The notes under the pieces were generated by a model. The model had not been told where the DNA came from. It did no database searches and saw only the letters and a list, made by a program, of their open reading frames with translations. Position numbers and translations under genes: made by a program. A stretch of DNA of 64,000 nucleotides from Somniosus microcephalus (lineage: Eukaryota), in the NCBI GenBank assembly GCA_052327205.1, contig CM126217.1:44454001-44518000 (forward strand), in the 5' to 3' direction. Shown here in pieces: positions 38,718-51,437 of this stretch (its first letter is position 1; the number at the start of each line of letters is the position of its first letter).

Positions 38718-40204
38718 ACAGACTTCAAACCTTGAAAAGAGCTGGACGAGGGGGAACCCTACTTTATTAGAGATATATAGGATATTAAGCAGAATAGAAA
38801 ACGTACGCTCAGAGTGATACTTTAAATAAAACTACCAACAGCTGGACAAGGGGATATGGGGACAAACTGGTAAATGGCAAGTACAGGACTGATGAGCACT
38901 TCATGCATAGCATGATCATTACCTGCAGTGGTCAATACATGCTGAGGCAAAAATGCTGGAATACAAAAAAAGACAAGAAAAGACCAGCTCGCCCATCAAA
39001 CCTGTCCCATTCTGACATGGTGCAACTTACACACACCATCAACCCATCTCATACCCCACAGTTTTGCAATGTCCTTGGAGAGGCAAAAACACAAAAGAAA
39101 AAAATCCTTTAGCCAATTTAAGAAAAAAAAACTATGGGAAATTTATCTCCAACCCCCGAAGGCAATCAAGGAAGTTCCAGGAAACTGCAATGACTGATAT
39201 CACTAGTCTAGGTTAACCTTCTATAATTTGAGTCATTCGAGAGGCAGTCAGATGCTGTGACGTGGGAACTACAGGTTTCTGTGGAAAGATGGACCAAATG
39301 ATATCCTCACCTTTGTGATAACAGAAATCTGCCACCTGCGCATTGCAACTAGCAGATTTAATCCTCGGGCCATTAGCTGCAGCATAATTGGAGCCTTCAA
39401 AGGGAATTTGTGATGTAAATGCCTGTCCAATGGCATGTATGTGACACAAAGGCATTAATTACTTTGTCAAATATACTACATGACTGTGGATGAAGAAATG
39501 AAAGAAATCCAGTACTGAGACTATTAAATAACTCTTCTATTATCCTATTACACTTGTGAGAGCCGGAATCTTATTTATGGACTGCTTAAAATGAAGGTCA
39601 TATTAGCACACACACAATGACTGCTGATGGAAGCTTTAGGTGGGTGTTCTTTTGTGTGTATGTATGTTTGTAAAAATTGTTTATATGTAATCATTTTTCT
39701 TCAGTTATGAATGTTTTTTAGTTAAGGATTAGGGATATATGGAAAGATGACTTCCCAGGAAAATATGAAAGTTTTTAAAACAAAAGTATAAAACCTCTTT
39801 AAATATATTTTGTTGTTTCAAAGGTGTTTGATGAAAGATAAGCAATGACCCAGTCAGTGCATTTGTGATGTAAATGTTGGGTTTATTAATTAAGAGGGTG
39901 AACATCACAAAATTTGTTTTAGATCTCATTCTTATTTGCAGTCTGTTAGTCTGGCACTTTGTATATGAACTTAATACATATAAGATGTCATCTGAGCGCA
40001 TTGCTTCATGATTGAAATTATTCTATGAGTTTAATGAGGCTTTTTCATTTATAGTCACAGAATAAACACAAAATATGTTGTTGGACAGAATATTTACCCA
40101 ATGGGTGGAACCAATGTTGACATACATTCGCAATTGTGTCACTTGTGTACTCATTGGTGGATTCAGCTGGTGGAAAAATATTGTCTAGTGGATGCCTATT
40201 TGAC

Positions 40205-40650
40205 CTCTTGGCTCAATCTTTGTCTCTTAAGTCAATAGGTGGTTGGTTCTAGCCCTACTCCAGGACTTGAGTACATAATTTAAGTTGACACTGCAGGCAG
40301 TACTAATGGAGTGCTGTATTGTCAATATGCTGTTCTTAGGTTGAGGTATTAAAGCTGAGCCTTGCCTTCCTGTTCCAATGGTTCAGCTGGATGCTACAGA
40401 TCACAGTGCACTATTTGAAGAAGAGCAGGAAGCTGTCCCAGCAAATGTTCTTCCCTCAACCAACACCACCAAAAATGGATAAACTGGTCATTCATCTTAT
40501 TGTAGATTGTGGGATCTACCTGGGTGCAAAATGACTGCTTCATTTGCCTACATAAGTCACTGTATTTCATAATGGTTCATTGTATTCGAAGAGCTTTGAG
40601 AAATTACTAAGTGATGTGATAAGGGGCTATATAAATGCAAGTCTTTCTAT
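40205..40650 (+). mobile_element. Near full-length tRNA-headed Deu-type SINE
   Basis: TGGCTCA head, GGTTCTAGCCC B-box-like motif, Deu core GTGGGATCT...GTGCAAAATGACTGC...TTTGCCTACAT, L2 tail GCTATATAAATGCAAGTCTTTCT. Confidence 0.75.
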
Positions 40651-41444
40651 ATCTCTTTCTCTCCCTATCAGATAACACAGAGACAAATATCTACAATAGA
40701 AACTTAAAACACCGCATCTAAAGATGTTTTTTGCAAATGGGTGCCTGGAGTGGGAGGAGTAATGAAGCCATATGCTCTGAAACTACTGTATTTTTGGGAG
40801 TGTTAATATTGTTTTTCTCTGTATTTGTGTGATTTCAAATTTCTTTAGTTTATCATTTACTTTTTTACAGTGTTCTATAATGGGAACCGTTGGCCAGTTT
40901 GTGAGTGAGTTACAATGTCTGGTTAGCTTCTGCAGCATTTGAAAGCTGCTTTCAATTTGTTCAAGTGCATGTAATGGAGGTCCCGTTGTTACCATGAGGT
41001 AACATTGCTCATATCAGAATAATCAACGTCCAGAGGGGAATGTGAAGCATGACTTTAATGATCAATATGAATTTAATAGATTGCAAACTCCACACTGAGG
41101 CAGTCAGTCAGATTGAACTGGGAACACAAATTTCAGCTCCCCATGCCTATTTCTGCAATTCTCATGCAGTTCCTTTTTTTAATGATTAGGTTGTGTAACA
41201 ATTTTTATTTTCAGTGAACAAACATTTTGACAGGACTAAAAGAGCAACATAGGACTATAAGTTGTTGTTGGTGATAATAGTGGTTGTACAGAGAATGTAA
41301 CCAGTTTATTTTAAATGAATTAATATTCATTAAAATAGCGGACAATGGAATTCGGTATGAATGTATTACAAATTCGCAATAATTTCTAGTCTCAGGTGTT
41401 TGAAGGTTTTAAAAATGGCAAATATTTGAAATGCACAGCAGTTT

Positions 41445-41880
41445 AATTAGAAGTATAGAATCCATTCGGCCCATTGTGCCTGTGCCGGCTCTTTGGTAGA
41501 GCTATCCAATTAATCCCGCTCCCCTTTTCCCACAGCCACTGTAACTTTTTTCCCTTCAACTATTTATCCAATTCTCTTTTGAATGCTACTATTATATCTG
41601 CTTTCACCATCCTTTCAGGCCGTGCATTCCAGATCACAACAACTCACTGTGTAAAAAAATGTTTCCTCCTGTCGCTTTTGTTCTTTTGCCAATCACTTTA
41701 AATCTGTGTTCTCTGGTTACCAACTCTTCTGCTGCTGGGAACAGTTTCTCTTTATTTACTTTATCAAAACCTTTCATGATTTTGAACACCTCTATCAAGT
41801 CTCCTCTTAACCCTCTCTGCTTTAAGGAGAACAGCCCCAGCTTCTCCAGTCTCTCACATAACTGAAGTCCCTCATCCCGT
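41445..41880 (-). mobile_element. CR1 LINE 3' end
   Basis: Reverse complement gives LEKLGLFSL...RGDLIEVFKIMKGFDKV...WNARP and the 3'UTR. Confidence 0.8.
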
Positions 41881-42788
41881 TGAAATTTAAAATTGAAAAA
41901 GACGTGTTAATGTTTGAGTGTTATTTTTTGAACTTGGATCTAAGATTTTACTTCAACGATATTGACTTGCTCTTATCCCTCCTGAAGGTACTTTATTAGC
42001 ATATCCTGAATCTTAGGTAATCCCCCATCCGCCTCTGGGCTACCATGGGATCTGGGATCGGGACGATGGGATAATGAGTCAGTTTGCCTCTTGAATGTGA
42101 AATCCCCTGTTGATGGGATTAGTGTAGGTGCAAGTTGCAAACGTTTTCAGTTCACAAAATAACACCTGGACCTAGATTCCCAGTGAAAGCCTGAAGTCCC
42201 TACAACTAGTTTTCTTTTTGAATATTTAAATATCCAACCCTCCCAGGATAAATAATGTTACTGTGAAAGGCAGAATTAGATTAGACTCCAAAATGTCAGA
42301 AAACATACCATATTAATAGTCTAATATGAGCCTTTTCTGGGGCAGGGCATGTCCCGATTCCCTGATGGATCATGGCTTCAGGGCTCACATTCCTCTTCAG
42401 CACATACATCAGCACTCACATTCAACTTCAGTAATCTCTCAATTCACCACTGCTGCAAACTGTACTGTGATGCACTTTAGGTCTTTTACCCTGCAATAAA
42501 AATGATGGAATGTTGGGTATACCTGCAGTTATGACAAGCCCATATTCCAATGCACTTTCAGCCTAAGTCTTTGTTTTCTTGTACTATAAAGCATACGTTC
42601 ATGGCTGTTTTTTTGAGGTATTGGCCAGTTTTTGCTCGTTTTCTAAGTTGGCATGTATGTATCTACTACTAGGAAATGTAGAAAAAATATGCTATTGTGA
42701 TTATAGGGTTAACAAGAAGTAATAGCCTTAATAGAATCACAGCCTTATCTCTTTAACATATCCTGCCTCATTACACACAACAACAACT

Positions 42789-43956
42789 AGTGGTGTTCCG
42801 CAGGGGTCAGTGCTGGGTCCCCAACTCTTTACAATCTATATTAACGATTTGGAGGAGGGGACCGAGTGTAACATATCAAAGTTTGCAGATGATACTAAGA
42901 TGGGAGGGAAAGCAGTGAGTGAGGAGGACATAAAAAACCTGCAAGGGGACATAGACAGGCTAAGTAAGTGGGCAGAGATTTGGCAGATGGAATACAATAC
43001 TGGAAAGTGTGAGGTTATGCACTTTGGCAGGAAAAAACGTAGAGCAAGTTATTATCTTAATGGCAAGAAACTGGAAAGTACTGAAGTACAAAGGGATCTG
43101 GGGGTCCTGGTGCACGAAACTCAAAAGGTTAGTATGCAGGTGCAGCAAGTGATTAAGAAGGCCAATGGAATGTTGGCTTTCATTGCTAGGGGGATAGAAT
43201 ATAAAAATAGGGAGGTATTGCTTCAATTGTACAAGGTATTGGTGAGACCGCACCTGGAATACTGCATACAGTTTTGGTGTCCATACTTAAGAAAAGACAG
43301 ACTTGCTCTCGAGTCAGTACAAAGAAGGTTCACTCGGTTAATCCCGGGGATGAGGGGATGGACATATGAGGAGAGGTTGAGTAGATTGGGACTCTACTCA
43401 TTGGAGTTCAGAAGAATGAGAGGCGATCTTATTGAAACATATAAGATTGTGAAGGGGTTGGATCGGGTGGATGCGGGGAGGATGTTCCCGATGATGGGTG
43501 AAACTAGAACTAGGGGGCATAGTCTTAGAATAAGGGGCTGCTCTTTCAAAACTGAGATGAGGAGGAACTACTTCACTCAGAGGGTGGTAGGTCCATGGAA
43601 TATGCTGCCCCAAAAAGCTGTAGAAGCCACATCATTACATAAATTTAAAACAGAAATAGACAGTTTCCTAGAAGTAAAGGGAATTAAGGGTTACGGGGAG
43701 CGGGCAGGAATTTGGACATGAGTCTAGGTTCGGATTGGACATGGCCCTGTGGGTAGCGGAGCGGGCCCAGGGGCCGTGTAGCCTGATCCTGCTCCTATTT
43801 CGTGTGTCTAATTCTGTTAGATTCAGGAGATGGTTCTGTGATAGTAGATTGGCGGTTAGGATCAGATCAGCCATGATCTTATTGAATGGCGGAGCAGGCT
43901 CGAGGGGCCGATTGGCCTACTCCTGCTCCTATTTCTTATGTTCTTATGTTCTTATT
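42789..43956 (+). mobile_element. Young 5'-truncated CR1 LINE (303-aa open ORF) inserted into the (AAC)n tail of an L2
   Basis: KFADDTK and RPHLEYC motifs; (TTCTTATG)n tail; 7-bp TSD AACAACT at 42782-42788 and 43957-43963. Confidence 0.93.
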
Positions 43957-46300
43957 AACAACTTGTATTTATAAAGCACCTTTAACATAGTAAAATGTCC
44001 CAAGGCGCTTCACAGGTGCATTATAACACACAAAATTTGACACCGAGCCACATAAGGAGAAATTAGGGCAGGTGACCAAAAGCTTGGTCAAAGAGGTAGG
44101 TTTTAAGGAGCGTCTTAAAGGAGGAAAGAGAGATAGTGAGATGGAGAGGTTTAGGCAGTGAATTCCAGAGCTTAGGGCCTAGGCAACAGAAGGCACAGCC
44201 ACCAATGGTTGAGCGATTATAATCAGGGATGCTCAAGAGGGCAGAATTAGAGGAGCGCAGATATCTTGGGGGTTTGTGGGGCTGGAGGAGATTACAGAGA
44301 AAGGGAGGGGCGAGGCCATGGAGGGATTTGAAAACAAGGATGAGAATTTTGAAATTGAAGCATTGCTAAACTGGGAGCCATTTTAGATCAGCGAGCACAT
44401 GGGTGATTTGGTGCGAGTTAGGACATGGGCAGCCAAGTTTTGGATGACCTCAAATTTACATAGGGTAGAATGTGGGAGGGTCGCCAGGAGTGAATTGGAA
44501 TAGTCAAGTCTAGAGGTAACAAAGACATGGATGAGGGTTTCAGCAGCGGATGAGCTGAGGCGGGGCGGAGACGGGCGATGTTACGGAGGTGGAAATAGGC
44601 AGTCTTAGTTATGGCACGGATATGTGGTCGGCAGCTCATTTCAGGACCAAATATGACACCAAGGTTGCGAACAGTGTGGTTCAGCCTCAGACAGATGCTA
44701 GGGAGAGGGATGGAGTCAGTGGCTAGGGAACAGAGTTTGTGGCAGGGGACCAAAAACAATGGCTTCGGTCTTCCCAATATTTAATTGGAGAAAATTTCTG
44801 CTCATCCAGTAGTGGATGTCGGACAAGCTATCTGACAATTTAGAGACCGTGGATGGGTTGAGAGAAGTGGTGGTGAGGTAGAGCTGGGTGTTGTCAGCGT
44901 ACATGTGGAAACTGACACTGTGTTTTCGGATGATGTCATCAAGGGGCAACATGTAGATGAGAAATAGGAGGGGGCCAAGGATAGATCCTTGGGGGACATC
45001 AGAGGTAACGATGCAGGAGTGGGAAGAGAAGCCTGACATGAATCTTGTCATTCATGTGGAAATTACTTATGAAATAATACTGGGCGGCCTGCTGGTGGCG
45101 CTGTCCAGGGAGAGTATAAATACTCGGGCATGGTCCCAGCTTGCTCAGGACGTTCTTTTACAGGAACTAGTGAAGGACACAACTAGATCTCCATGTTGTA
45201 AAACAGTTGATTAAAGCTTTGTTTAACGCTTAGACCAAGTGCCTAGCAGTTTTCTTACGTCAAAGCCATTGCAGGTGATTCTCTGGCTACGATTAGATAG
45301 ATAAGAATGGAACCAGGCGAGTGCAGTCCCACCCAGCTAGACGACGGTGGAGAGGCGCTGGAGAAGGATGGTGTGGTCAACCGTGTCAAAGGCTGCAGAC
45401 AAGTCAAGAAGGACGATGAGGGATAGTTTATCTTTGTCACAGTCACAAAGGATGTCATTTGTGACTTTGATGAGAGCCATTTTGGTACTGTGGCAGGGGC
45501 GGAAACCTGATTGGAGTTGCGGGAAAGATGTGCACGGATTTGGGAGGTGACAACACGTTCAAGGAATTTGGAGAGGAAAGGGAGGTTGGAGATGGGGCAG
45601 TAGTTTGCAAGGACGGAGAGGTCAAGAGTTTTTTTGAGGAGCGGGGTGATGACGGCAGATTTGAGGGAGAGGGGGACAGTACCTGAGGAGAGAGAACCGT
45701 TAACAATGTCAGCTAACATGGGAGCCAGAAAAGGAAGTTGGGTGGTCAGCAGTTTGGTGGGAATAGGGTCGAGGGAGCAAGAAGTGGGTCTCATGGACAA
45801 GATGAGCGCGGAGTGGTCATGAGGGGAAATCGGAGAGAAACTGGAGAAAGATGCGAGTTCAGGGCTAGGGCAGGGGGGGAACCTTAGAAGAAGTTTGGCC
45901 CAGTGGGCTAGGGGAAGGAAGCGAAGTGGCAGCGGCAGCTGAACGGATGGTCTCAATCTTAGAGACAAAGAAGTCTGTGAGCTCCTCACACTTGTTGTCG
46001 GAGGTGAGGGTGGAGGAGACAGGGGAGAGGGGTTTAAGAAGACAGTTAGCAGTGGAGAATAGAAGCCGGGGTTTATCTTTGCATTCCAGAATGATTCTGG
46101 AATAATGAACAATTTTGGCAGAGGAGAGCAGGACCCGATAATGCTTTATGTGGTCCAGCCAGATCTGGCGGTGAATGGCTAAACCAGTTGTCCGCCATAT
46201 CCGTTCAAGTTTGTGTCCCTTAGACTTAAGGGAGCGAAGATGATGGCCGTACCGGGGAAATGGCCAGGGTGAGAGAGAGTAATTGTTTTAATAGGGACGA
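43957..46300 (-). mobile_element. L2 LINE, 5'-truncated, interrupted by a solo LTR
   Basis: Minus-strand ORFs: [66 protein letters not shown]; L2 3' tail at 43957-44010. Confidence 0.92.
45034..45262 (+). mobile_element. Solo LTR (229 bp)
   Basis: TGAC...GTCA termini, 5-bp TSD AAGCC (45029-45033, 45263-45267), TATAAATA at 45115, ATTAAA at 45210; the L2 sequence rejoins across it. Confidence 0.85.
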
Positions 46301-49189
46301 GCCTCTATGTGCAACCCTCTTTGTGCTCCAATCCTTTCTGTAGCTATACCTCAGAATGTTCAATATTACAGGTACACAGAAAGTTATCTTTGGCCATGTT
46401 AAATGATAGAAAACATGAAATTATCTTAAAAGCTACAACAAATATTGACACAAGAAGGAAACAAATTTGGATATTTCATTGAACATAATTGCCAACATGA
46501 ACGTCGCTTCATTTCCAGGAGAAAACAGTTGTACTATTGAACAAAATGGAGAAAATAATTCAAGGCAATATTCCAGGAATTCCTGATATATTTAAAAAAT
46601 GCTGAGAACTGAAAGCCATTTGACCTGGCTATGAGGCAAATTATTGGTGTGTCATCTAAAAATTTGGACAAGCAGATAATGCTCCTGTTTGCCTATATAA
46701 CAAAAGCACTGCATTCAAAACAAAATCCATTTCAGATGTTTCTTATTGATAGGACACTATATAGTGCAAGTATTTTATTATAAAGAATGATGATCCATGA
46801 TCCAGGAACCAGGAAAAACATCTGCACTAACAATGGACAGGCCTGATTAATAACACAAACAACATTTGTTCTTTGCTCATCTCCCTCAACACATAACAAT
46901 GTAAGGTACTTTACAATGTAATCTTTTAGCCCCCAAAAATACCTGGTTAAAGAAAGAGTATCTCCCCATAATGGTTGAATTGATAAGTACAGTACATGCT
47001 GTGGTGCTGAGGCATTGAATTCAGGAAGGCCCTAGGTCTGATCCCCACTGTGCGCTGATCTAGTTGATCTAAGATGAGATGTGTAGGGGCCTTATAGTTG
47101 ACTACAGCATCCACAGGCTGTAGTAAAATCTGCTGGGGTTTATGCTGTTGATGACTGTGATCTCTGCTGGTCAGTACACATGTGCAAGAAGCATGACGAC
47201 AGAATTGGACTTGACTGTGATGCCCCCACCATCAAGTCACCTGCTGACACTCCTGGCTCATAAATGAAGAATGGCCATTTGGGTGATGTGCCAGAGGAAT
47301 GCTTATGAGAACAGGACTGCACCCCCTCCCCCCCAACTGCAGTCACTCAGTGGGTAAATGTAATATTGTGTGGGGCTGAATATCACAGGCCAAGAAAATC
47401 CCAGATGTCTGGCAGTATTGTTAGCCAGTTTTACTCGGGGCAGTAGTTCAGAGAAGGGGGTGGCTGGGCACTGATCAGGGATCACCCCTGGGATCTTCCT
47501 GGTTTGTATGGTTCCTTGGCATACGCCATACACCTGGCATCCATGGATTGATACCCCAGCAGGAATCTCTGCTTTCAGGATATGAGGAGAGAAAATTGGT
47601 TAAAAAAAATTAAAACAGATGTATATGGAAGTTACTTCGAGGCTGTGATCTGAGGTTAGAGTTCAGGTGAGATTTATAAACTGCTCAGTCATTTTAAGAT
47701 GTACTCTGAACGCCTTGATCAGACTGTTGCTTGGTAATCACTCCATTATCCTCTCTGGGCTAAAAGTAATCTAAATTTGTATTTAGCTATCATGGCCACC
47801 AAAGCTGAGTAAAAAGCACGGATTGTGATATAATCCTTTCTCTTTGAACTAGGAACATAAGAAAGAACACAGGAACAGGAGTAGACCATTCACTCTCTCA
47901 CTGGCTGGTCTGTATCTTAATTCCATCTACCCGCCTTGGTTCCGTAACCTTTAATACCCTTGCCTATCAAAAATCTTATCAATCTCAGTTTTGAAATTTT
48001 CAACTGAAGATACTTGAGTCCTTTTTCATTTATGTAACCACCACAATTTTTACAATTTGCATCAGGCCTCTCCCAAACTCTGAATGCAATACCTATAAAC
48101 AAAAGAAATAATTTGAAGTGGAAGATATAATTTCTGAGGGGCTTACACAAAGTTCACATACCTAGGAGCCCATTCAAACTTCGATGTTCACTGTTAAGGA
48201 ATCCAATAAAGATTCAAGGTGTTGGAATGTGTTTTTCTAATGATAGAGATAGAGGCGGTAGTCCTTGTCTGTATACCAGAAATAAGGGTTCTGGACGCAG
48301 TGGACAAAACACTTGCAAGTTAACTAGGGGTTAAATGAACATATACTCACCGCCCGCCTACGGTGATACCCACTGTGGTAACACTTGTATTATAGGAAAA
48401 AGAAGATTAAAGTACGTAAAACTGCAGTTTGCAGCAGTGACAGATTTAAAACATTATAAAAGGGTTGTGAGTGGTGAAGGCACTCGACTTATTTTCACGA
48501 GGTGAGGGACAACATATCCCCCCAGGAAGATCTTGTTTTTGGAGACTTGCAACAGGAACGCACTGGAAGGGCCGCAGATTTTTGACATTGATATATTTTT
48601 AAGCCTTGAATGTGCCACATAACTCTTAATTCCACCTGCCTGGAATTTTTGGTGATAGAGTTCATTCTTCACCTTCACCAGCCTTCACTAAAAAGAAGTC
48701 TTCAACATTGATTGATTATTCTTGAAGATGAAAAATGACATCTTAAATTAATCCAATGCTGTCCTGGGCGGTCTGGAGCTTCCCTATCTCTGTAAACTAC
48801 AATCCACCCCAAGCTCTCCGTTTCTCCAACTTTGACCTCGTGGATCCCCCCTCTGTTCTCCCGCCCGTTAGTGGGACATAGGTGGCTGAGGGCAAAACCA
48901 CCATCTGGAATTCCCTCCTAAATCTCACCACCTCTTTACCGTCCTCTTCTCCACTAAGAGCCTCCTTAAAACCCATCACTTTTCAAGCTTTAGGTCATCC
49001 CTGCTAACCTTCCCTTCTTTGGCTTGACATCGTTTCTTTTCCTTATGCCATTGTGAAACACTGTGGAATGTTTTTCTATGTTCGAGGGACGATATAATAC
49101 AAATTGTTGCATGGCTTCTCACATCACATATTTTTTAAAAATCCTTGTTCATCAGTCTCAAACTTTTTTCTGATTGTTAACACCCAATT

Positions 49190-50950
49190 TTTGGATGCGA
49201 ATTGGATGTTACTGATTGCAAAAGTGGGTGGAGAAGTGGGTGGAGATCTATTAAACTGGATTTGCTCCAATTTCTTTGTCCCGTCTGATTTTGCAGGATT
49301 AATTGTGATGTGTCTAGGAAGCACCTGCTAGTCTGTAGGCTGATGCAAGTAAGTGAGGCCTAAGTGACATTGTGCACATTAGCTTCCCCCATTTTCACTG
49401 CTGTGACACGGGTTCCATACTTGCCTATATAAATTGGGTCCTCAGGCGATCTCGGCGCTGAACTATATGCTGAGGTTTAAAGAGCCTAGTAAAATGTAAG
49501 GCCATTGTGCTATTTTTTTGGTTATTTTTCTGTTGTTATTTAGGTTTTCAGCAGCCTTTGTGCCAATTGTTGTGCTGCTGCTCTTTTTCTCCAACAGCTT
49601 TAATGGTGCTACAATGGGTTTCTTATGGGAATATCTGTGGTTTTTTGGAGGAAGAGGTGGCACTCTGCATGTCCCTGCTAGAACCCTGGAGTCTACAGAC
49701 AACGTTTTACATACCTTTATCAGAGGAGGTGGGCTGTAGTTTACAAAGAATGTTGTGATAGAATTATGTTGCATGTTCTCATCAGACCTGTAGCCAAACT
49801 CCTCCACAGGCTCAGCACAGTGTGTTTATCAAGGTCAAAACTGCCCTTAACTCTTATGCTTCAAGATCGCCAGTTTCCAATTAGCTGTGGATAGAGGTGT
49901 AAAATAAGTGCCGATGCCTCATTTACTTGAGCAAAAATGTTACTTCCATTCCCCGGGCAATTGACAGCAGCATGAGAGGGCTGTGTAATTTTTATTGGCT
50001 AGCAAGACTCCCGAAGGGGTTTTAGGTTGCATTCATGTGGCCCTACATGTTTCATTATACAATACCAGTACAGGAAACTTTTTTTTATCCGGGACCGACG
50101 TGGTGCCGGTTCATCAAAAATTCCGGATAACCGAAAGCTATAGTAAAAGATACGGAGCAAAGCAACAAACCCTGTTGCTTAGCAAAGGGTTCAGAACAAT
50201 GGCCACAAGTTCCAAGCGTCTCTGTAGCTTAGCAACAGCTGCAGCCACACCCTTGCACAGCAACAGATCGAGGAAGGCAAGTAATAAAACTTACCTGAAC
50301 CTACTCCTGAATTTTGCCGGTTAACCGAGATTTCCGGTTATTTAGGTGCTGGTAAATCGAAAGTTTCCTGTATCTACATGAATAGGAATGGAATCCACTC
50401 ACTTGTTGTTGAGCTCATTTGTGACCATTAGCACTGGATTCTATAAGTTAATACTTATTACCAACGCAGAGGTCATAGTGCCTTTATTTTAAGGTAACCG
50501 GCCAGCAAAAGCAATTCTCAGGGCAACTCCTGGGAGATTGACGCTATCCTATGCAACCACGCCTTATGACACTTATGTGGTATTCCAGGACATCAGCTGG
50601 TCACAGGTATAGTGAGGTGCATGACTCCATCAGAGAATCACCGAGCACACCACTGGCATATTGAAGCAGTGCTTCAGGTGCTTGGAAATATCTGGCGGTA
50701 TCCTACAATACAGCTCGGTAAAGGTTTCAAGGATTGCTAGTGCTGCATATTTCACAGCTTTGCTCTGCAAAGAGGTACCATTATGTATCCTTGGATAACA
50801 AAGGCCTAGAGGTGCTTAAGGGAACTACCAAGAGGAGCAGGAAGAGCATGAAGTAGGCAGCAGAGCAGAACCTGTTGCTGGCTGCAAGAGCCATTCAGCA
50901 AGTTCTCATACAGAAGACCTTCTCTTAACTTGCGAATGCAGCCACTACAT
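49190..50950 (+). pseudogene. Old Harbinger element with a nearly full-length but decayed transposase
   Basis: Remnants in order: LSEE...FTKNVVIELC...DL.P...IKVKTALN.YAS (49710-49870), GCIHVAL (50025), YMNRNGIHSL..LICD (50373), LLGD..YP, EHTTGILKQCFRCLE.SGGILQYS (50640-50715); boundaries approximate. Confidence 0.75.
50071..50370. mobile_element. Tc1/mariner-pogo MITE, copy 2, inserted into the old Harbinger transposase
   Basis: TA|CAGGAAACTTT...AAAGTTTCCTG|TA; shares both ends with 37646-37942. Confidence 0.88.
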
Positions 50951-51169
50951 TAACAGCCCTGTATGTATCTTTCCAGGCCCTCCACAAATATGCCATCACC
51001 TGCAGTGCCTTAAATTTTCCAGGCACCACATCAATATCAAATTCACACAGCTGATGAAACGTGCCTGCAAACCTTTGCAAGAATATTCTCTGCACAAAGC
51101 TTCAGTGCTATCACATTTTTATGGTTCCACTATGATTCTCCTTAGTGATAATGTATGATGTATCTGTTG

Positions 51170-51437
51170 TTAACTCGAGGGGGTGAATTGAGGGTTGAAT
51201 GTTGGCCTGGACACAAGAGAACTCCCCTTCTCTTCGAATAGTGCCCTGGGATCTTTTACTTCCAGGAGTCTTGACTTAACATCTTATTTGAAATATGGCA
51301 CCTCCAACAGTGCAACACTCGATCAGTACTGCACTTAAGTTCAGCCTAGATTATGTGCTCCACTCTGTGGAGTGGGGCTTGGACCCATGACCTTTGGACT
51401 CCAAGGCGAGAGTGCTGCCACTGATCAAGGCTAACAC
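51170..51437 (-). mobile_element. tRNA-headed Deu-type SINE, 5' part
   Basis: Reverse complement GTGTTAGCCTTGATCAGTGGCAGCACTCTCGCC...GGGTCCAAGCCCCACTCC (A/B-box-like). Confidence 0.7.
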
